Source of the DNA: Perkinsela sp. CCAP 1560/9
Lineage: Eukaryota > Protista > Euglenozoa: Kinetoplastea
Direction of reading: 5' to 3'
DNA length: 64,000 bases
Assembly (NCBI GenBank): GCA_965644495.1
Contig: CBFFSA010000004.1
Location: forward strand, 124,001 to 188,000
Shown here: positions 57,489 to 64,000 of the stretch, in pieces
Numbering within the stretch: the stretch's first letter is position 1
Layout: each line of letters begins with the position of its first letter
The notes under the pieces: generated by a model
The model's database searches: none
What the model was told of the DNA's origin: nothing
Seen by the model: the letters and a program-made list of their open reading frames with translations, nothing else
Made by a program: the position numbers and the translations under genes

Positions 57489-58118
57489 TCAGAAGACTAC
57501 GCCGTTAGGAATAAAGTCCGGTACTTCAAAACGATTTCTACTAAGAAGTATCTTGAGATCAGATGAAACTCCTGTGAAATCCAATGGTCCATTCAACAAG
57601 TTGTCTCTGAGATCAAGCTTTCTTAAAGATGCCGGAAGGCGCGTGAGATCAATTCCGCCATAAAATTCGTTGTCATCTAAGGAAAGGATTTCCAGCGCCC
57701 TGGGCAAATCGGTAAGATCTATGCATCCATAAAATTTATTCATACTGACGTCGAACTTCGCTAACGACTCTGGAAGTGAGGAAAAGTTTATAGTACCCGT
57801 CAAATTCTGCCAATATGCTACGAAGGAAACAAGCGTCCGGGGTATATGTTCCCACTGCGGTGTGCCTTCTACACTAGGATAGTCGGAGTCAAGAAATCCG
57901 CTATTCCAGTGAAGATGAGTCACTTGCATTTCGCTGTTACACTCAACATGGTCCCACTCACATGCGGGTGTCGACTCACTCCACGATTTTTCTGAAGTGG
58001 TTACATTACTTATGAATCGCACGAGAGTACACTCCTGTGGTAACAGAGAGCCATGGACCTTTCGAGGACGAGATGCGCCGTCCTTTGTCAGCAAGAATGT
58101 GCTAGGCATACAGAGCAT
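57489..58118 (-). CDS. LRR family protein
   Basis: KDGASRPRKVHGSLLPQE, cap TPACEWDHVEC, and LRRs. Confidence 0.9.
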   Translation of the reverse strand: MLCMPSTFLLTKDGASRPRKVHGSLLPQECTLVRFISNVTTSEKSWSESTPACEWDHVECNSEMQVTHLHWNSGFLDSDYPSVEGTPQWEHIPRTLVSFVAYWQNLTGTINFSSLPESLAKFDVSMNKFYGCIDLTDLPRALEILSLDDNEFYGGIDLTRLPASLRKLDLRDNLLNGPLDFTGVSSDLKILLSRNRFEVPDFIPNGVVF

Positions 58119-58654
58119 ATTGAAATGTGAAACTGAAAAACTCCAAAAACCTCGTTAGAAGATGGTTTGGCGATAATTGGAAGACGAAAATGTTCCTCAA
58201 TGTTGGTCGCAGACCACACACTTACGAGAGGTTCCGCAAGCGTTTTTAATCTTTTTAGAGAGTTATACATGTGTAATTATTAATGAGAGTAGTAAATATT
58301 AGGAAAGTAGAAACTAGAAAACTAAATCATGCTCCGGGTTTATAAACCTACCAGGTACAATACATGTACGTCTGTATTCAGGGGTGAGCACGAATAGTGC
58401 GTTAGAGAGCTCTCGCAGAGTTACGCCTTTTTTACCTTTTCTTGTGGTGACACATACTGTGCCCCCCCACTTACATGCCCCCCCACTTATTGTATTTGTC
58501 ACCTGTTTTTCGAAAAAAAGGGACAAATAAGTAGGGGGGGGGTTAGGCTATGACAATTAAGTGGGGGTCAAAATACTTTTATAAACCCCCGTCCGGGTTA
58601 ATGTACCCCCCCGGTACAGTAACTAGATACAGGTACAATACGTCGCGACCGGTA

Positions 58655-59520
58655 CAGTAAAACCTCCGAAAAATAACGAAAATAGTGAAAAAAAAACTGG
58701 TGACGCATCTCTATTCTCATGTCTTCGCTGGTAAAATAAAAAGGCCATGATAACGAAGGCAGGTAGCAAAAGTAAGCGGCTGCGGAAATTTAATCACGAC
58801 AGGGAAGTGCACGGGAAATTGTGCTCTATATTACAGAGACATTGTATGATTACTAAGGAAATGGTTCATGATGCCATGCAAAAATATGGCGCCTTCTCAG
58901 AAGGTCTTCCGATAGGGGAAAAGAGCGTATCTACAAAAAGTTTAAGATTTTTTTTGAATCACAGGAAAAGCATCACATATCTCAGAGCAAAATCGCCGAC
59001 AGAATACAGCAATAGGCAAATCACTTGTATACTCAGCATAGTGTCAGAAACTATCCATACGCGTTTTTCGGAGATGAAACAAGTTTGAGCGTCGGTGGGG
59101 AGGTCCGCGAACGAACCCTTGCTCCAAAAGGTGTGCACAATGTAAGAGTGAGTGGAAATAATGCCAAGGAAACTCTTACCGTTTTTCTTGCTCGCCTGTA
59201 CGACATAAAAGAAAAAAGGGTCTACCGGCTTCCACCTACCATCATTTTCACTTCATCAGCACAGGAAGCAGCAAAATCGCGTGTCCTACATTGTACAGGA
59301 AGTTACCCGTATAGCGGGCACCATGAACCACGCGGTATACGTCGAAGTAACTAATTCAGGGTACATCTTTTCACTCATCTTTTAAAAAAATATATTAACA
59401 ACATCAGTGGTCATAAACCGCCGACTGCGATTTTGGTGGATGATTACACAGCACATCGTACCACAGACCTACAAACTGCGACATGCATCGCGTTCCCGGT
59501 GCTGGTACTCCCTATAGTCA
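58655..59520 (+). mobile_element. pogo-like transposon remnant
   Basis: TA-CAGTAAAACCTCCG end, then frameshifted FFGDETSL...KETLTVFL...LPPTIIF...ILVDDYTAH...VPGAGTPYSQ. May continue at about 59950-60408. Confidence 0.75.
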
Positions 59521-59589
59521 AGGAAAAAGGGATATACAAGGAAAAATATAAATATTTCATCAACAATTTTAAAAAACAGCGAGTGAAAA

Positions 59590-59800
59590 AGGGATGACCC
59601 TCTTCCGGCTAGCCTTTACGGCCTTCGGAATCCCGGGTAACATGACACTCTCCCTTTTACGTAAATTGGGGAGACAAGCAACCAACCCATCGGGCTTCAT
59701 GGAGCACGCCATCATGTCCATCGGCGTCCCCATCCAGCGCGGAAACGCTCAGATGTTGAGAGCTGCCGCGGCAATGAAGGTGGGGGACACGGTGTGGTAG
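59590..59800 (+). mobile_element. 3' fragment of a second CRE-like retrotransposon
   Basis: LAFTAFGIPG.....LL....GF..HA...I.V.IQRGNAQML matches the C-terminus of 35511-37502. Confidence 0.8.
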
Positions 59801-60544
59801 GGATTCTGAAGAGGAATCTTGTTTATTAAATTTACATCTATCGCACCTTTTTGTTATGAAGGGTTGAATAATTCTTGCCTCCATCGTGGTCTAATTCACC
59901 TCTTGTAAATAGTTTTTCTTTGAAATGAATAGGCTTATCTTCCAGAGATTTTAAGAGAATTTACCATCGCGCACTGAAGAAGTGGAAGGCTGAATATCCG
60001 TCCATTAGAAAAGTGCCCAGAGCGGTATTCATGAATCTTATTTACTACGCTCATGAAAAAACATGGGAGTGGTACCGCGAAAGAAATATTAAAATTTCAA
60101 CTCAGTTAATTTTCAATCCACTGACTAGTCACCAGTGGAGTTGGAATGATTGTAATGTCCCATCTTCAGAAGAGAAAATTAAACAGAAGCAAGATCATGA
60201 CGAAAAAATTCTTTCAAGCTCAAAACCTTTTAGAATACCACCTTTCGTTGCGCGTGCAGCTCTGGAATCAATTTCTAGCTCTCGAATCTCCAAACCAACA
60301 CAGCCTTCTCTTGCCCCCCAACTATCAGAGCAGTCTCCGAAAGTAAATAAATGGGCACGTCTGCGACGAAAAGGTGCGAAGCTTGCTTGGTCCCTCCACC
60401 AAGCTTGACATTCTTTGCGATAGACTTTTTTCTTGTTTATAAGGAGAAATTTCCTTCTGAAGATGTAATTTTCTGGAATGTGCAGACTATGCTTCTTATT
60501 ATGGGACGGGCCGAATTTCATTCTCAAGTCTCACATAGCACATA

Positions 60545-60945
60545 TTATGTATAAAAAATCTTATTCCTCACAGGACGAAAGCTCTTGATCATCTCCCGAA
60601 CAAGAGCAATAACTCTCGCTGGCGTCATCGAGAAAATTGCAGTAGAAGTAAAGTGAATTGCAGTAGAAGTGAAGTACTGCAGTATACACTGCAACAAGTT
60701 CGCAAATCTAATCTGCCACGCTTGCTTTCGTTCAGTTTTACCATAACCAAACTTTACACATTGCAGAGCAACGTTTCGTTGGATATCCATAGATGATGCC
60801 CCATAATTGTAATGTTGCTGCTTCACCCATTGTTTAAAGGTTTTGTGAGCAGCCTCAGCATGATTTGTATGATGGCCTGCGAGCGTGATAAACTCTTTGC
60901 TGCGGTTGACTGTATAGTGGCGGCAGTAGTCACCGAGATGCAGAT
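60545..60945 (-). pseudogene. Merlin/IS1595 transposase C-terminal fragment
   Basis: YLHLGDYCRHYTVNRSKEF...HTNHAEAAH...WVKQQHYNYGA...NVALQCVKFGYGKT is a close paralog of 9050-9330. Confidence 0.85.
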
Positions 60946-60956
60946 ATCATTACTTA

Positions 60957-63018
60957 CTGTGACCCCCCCTTTAATATGCACACGTTTTTGGGGTTTGTGC
61001 ATATTAAGGGGGGGGGGGGGGTAAGAGGGGGAAGAACCAGCCCCTCCGGGAAAAAAATTGCGCCGCTTCGCGGCGCCTTTATTTCCTGTGCGTTTTTCGA
61101 ACTTGATTGATTGATTGATTTTAAGGGCATGTATCCCATAGGGACGTACCCTCCCGGAGATAGCCGGGCACTAATTTTATTATTATTCCAAAATACACTT
61201 ATTATTCCAATTTTTTTAGTATTCTGCCACCTGAAAGTTTTCTCAAATTATATTCCATGGATGCCTTTGTGCCTGGCTACATAGAGAATCTTTTGTATCT
61301 ATCTTTAGAGAATGCACAAGAACGGCGCGGCTACGGCCTAGGGATCGTAGAAGGCTCAAGCGATGACGATAGTGAAGTGAATTCTGTTTCTTCCGATGAA
61401 GAACATGGTAGCGATATAAAAAATGTTAGCCTCGAAACCCCTGATGGGGTTCTACCACTGATGACGGCAGTGATAACGAGGAAGGTTTGGTTGATTCCAG
61501 TGGGGCCCGTAAAGTAAAAGTTGCCAAGCGTTCTAGAGTCGTTCTAGATTCTCGGAGAAACGTACGCCGCGATGTTCCTTTCGTTGTGAAGCATAAGACT
61601 GTTTTCAAAACAGAAATGGCGAACTATGTCTCAAACGCACCACAAAGCTATGGCAACAGCACAACAATGGATGAGAAGAACCTTTGGTGAATTATACACA
61701 GTGCATTCTAAATCTCAACTAAAAGAGTGGGATGCAGAAATCAACCGGCAACTTTCCAGTAACCTAGGCGAGGAACGCCTGCTAAAGCTTAAGTTCTTGA
61801 TGGTGGATGGCGCCACTGTCAACCATGTTGCCCGTGTGAATTGCGAAGGTTTCTTAAAATCCATTTACGATCGTATTGACCCGGTGGGAGAAGAGGACCT
61901 AGGAAACATACAGCGCGGAATAAATCAAAAGTACCGTGTGTCACTATTATCTTGTATAGGACACATGTTAAATAATGTCTGCAAAACGGCGTTTCAACCC
62001 TACGAATCGTCTCCAGCCTTTAAATTTAAAAGAAGCTTTTCGAAGGCCTTTTTTTCATGGGGCAAGGCGAGTGCCACAAAGGGAAAATACAGAGGAATTG
62101 CTTTATCCCACTTGCTGGTACGATTCGATTCCAACGTAATGCGAGCTGAGGCACTTCTAAAGCAGTGCTACCTGGTTCTTGGAACAATTTCTCCGACAGC
62201 ATGGAAAACCAATTTGGCGGAAAAGTTGTGCGAAAGCCTTTGTGTGCTCAAGCAAGTGATACTACAAGAAGTTAGTGAAGTGCAGGAGAAACTTTTGAAC
62301 CTTGGGGAAAACGATTTCCAGGAAAAACATCGAGTATTTTCAGAGTGTGGTCCAAAATTTTTGAACACCATGACCAGTGCTCGCATGTAGCATGGCGTCG
62401 TTACTCCGAAACTTGGAGGGGTTACTCGCTGGTGCTCCGACAAGTTCACGTCCATGGAATTTCTGGCAAACTATTTGCAAACTATTCAGTTATTCATCGA
62501 AGAAGCGAAAAAAGGGCCACGAGATTCTAATTCCATTAAGCGGTGTCAAAAAATCTTGACTAAATACGGCTCACAATGCATTCAGAAGCAGTGTGAAATT
62601 TTTTTGAGCGAATGTAGTGAACTACATGCGGCACTCAAGGAATTTAGTGAAAGCAAGGATACTCCTATGGCCACACACGTTTGCCAAATGTTGGAGCATC
62701 TATACGAAATTTCCGAAGGTACAGGAGCACCACAAGGATTACGATCATCCCTTTTGCACCACAAGAAAAGACTAGATAAGAATCATAACATGCGTCTCTG
62801 GAAACAGGTAATGTGGTTTCGACCAAGTTGGGTTGTCCTGTTCGGTCGGCCAATACGTCAACATGCTTTGTGATATTGGCGAACTGAAATTTTGTCTGCG
62901 CAACCACCGTGAAAAAAAAATATTTTTTTTTTGGGAGGAAAAAAAGTCCCCTTTCACCAAAATTTGTGCATATTAAGGGGGGGAGGGAAGGGGGTGCATA
63001 TTAAGGGGGGGGTCACAG
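60957..63018. mobile_element. TA-flanked TIR element enclosing a hAT-like transposase fragment
   Basis: TIR CTGTGACCCCCCC(T)TTAATATGCAC at both ends, with TA flanks. Confidence 0.8.
61626..62873 (+). pseudogene. hAT-like transposase, central region
   Basis: FLMVDGATVN, SCIGHMLN (CxxH) and VTRW, with one in-frame TAG at 62388. The first Asp and final Glu regions are not visible. Confidence 0.7.
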
Positions 63019-63047
63019 TATATACTTTACATTGGAAAAAGTATTAT

Positions 63048-63984
63048 TAAACCCCTCCGCATCAAAAAGGCACCCACCCTTATTTTTCGCACAAGGGGGG
63101 CTAGGGGGGTTATCGCACCACTTTATCGTGCAAAATTTTGAGATCTGTACATTCCCGTTGTCTTTAGGTCATTTCGAAAAATATAAAAAAGTTGAAGGTA
63201 TGTTTTAAAAAAAAACACTTTTCATGCCAAAAAATACGTATCGACTCCCCAGGGGTGGTCTTACAGAAAGTGGAAAAGTGTTATGGCGCATGAGGCTTGG
63301 CCACGGGGTTGCGATAAGGTAACTAGCCCGCGGGTTTAATGTCAATGTGAAACATATTGGAAAATATTTGAAAAACAATTCGCCTGAAATTCTTTACACT
63401 CTGAGCCCTGAAGTAAAAAAAGAATCCAAAGACACTTTGTTATTCTTCCATCCAACTCAATTACATGTGTTTCGTACATTAAAACATTAAAAAAAGTACC
63501 ATTCACCACAAACTGTATTTTTCAGCAAGATGGGGCAACACCTCACACTGCGAAGGAAACAAAAGCGTACCTTGATGACAACAAAATGAAATTTTTGAAA
63601 AATTAGCCGCCCAACTCCCCCGATCTCTCACCAATAGAAAGCGTGTGGAGCATGGTACAAAGTCTTGTAGATGAATACAATCCGGCAAATAAAGAAGATC
63701 TCATAAAAAGCGTACGTAAAGCTTGGCGTAAATTGTCTCAAGATTATATTTATGATTGGGTTTTGAGCTTAGATGCTCGCCTCAAAGCTTGTGTGGCGAG
63801 TAACGGAGAAAAGGTGACAAAATGGTAAACTTTCTCTAAAATATACGTATTCGTTTCTTTTTGTTTCATTTCTTCACGCGCAAAGTCTTTATGTTGAGAT
63901 CTGCAAAATGCAACAAAAATCAGCCCAAACGGACATTTCGCTGAAAAGTTAAGGGTGGGTGCCTTATTGGTGCGGAGGGGTTTA
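63048..63984 (+). mobile_element. Internally deleted Tc1-like element
   Basis: TIR AAACCCCTCCGCA.CAA.AAGGCACCCACCCTTA, with remnant FQQDGATPH...PPNSPDLSPIESVWS. Confidence 0.85.
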
Positions 63985-64000
63985 TAAGCGTATTCTAAAA

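Noticed and set aside
1-64000. Spliced-leader RNA, rRNA, tRNA genes or telomeric arrays
   Set aside because: None recognised by eye. A divergent SL gene could be missed without a covariance search.

Overview
Eukaryotic nuclear DNA, most likely from a kinetoplastid and probably a Perkinsela-like prokinetoplastid. This assignment is an inference: every recognisable host gene is intronless and on the minus strand (one polycistronic-type unit), and the window holds a kinetoplast-associated HMG-like protein and a PAM2-bearing long eIF4E. Host genes are a KAP-like protein, RPL24, eIF4E3/4-like (split by an assembly gap), a SKP1-like protein, a PTB-like RRM protein, two hypotheticals, and 13 copies (11 intact, 2 disrupted) of a small LRR family with an LRRNT_2-type cap, 23-aa repeats and a conserved basic N-terminal motif. 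In the four-gene tandem cluster (28.5-35.1 kb) the coding sequences are patchwork chimeras that differ far more than their near-identical spacers, mostly at exposed repeat positions. This diversifying LRR repertoire is the best candidate for an undescribed system. The intergenic space is dense with nested mobile DNA: an intact Tc1-like element with DD32E spacing, pogo-, Merlin- and hAT-type remnants, many MITEs, a 5'-truncated CRE/SLACS-type retrotransposon, a decayed IS30-type transposase, and a tyrosine-recombinase element family with no visible RT and a conserved upstream dyad. All calls come from motif reading by eye. No searches were run and element boundaries are approximate.
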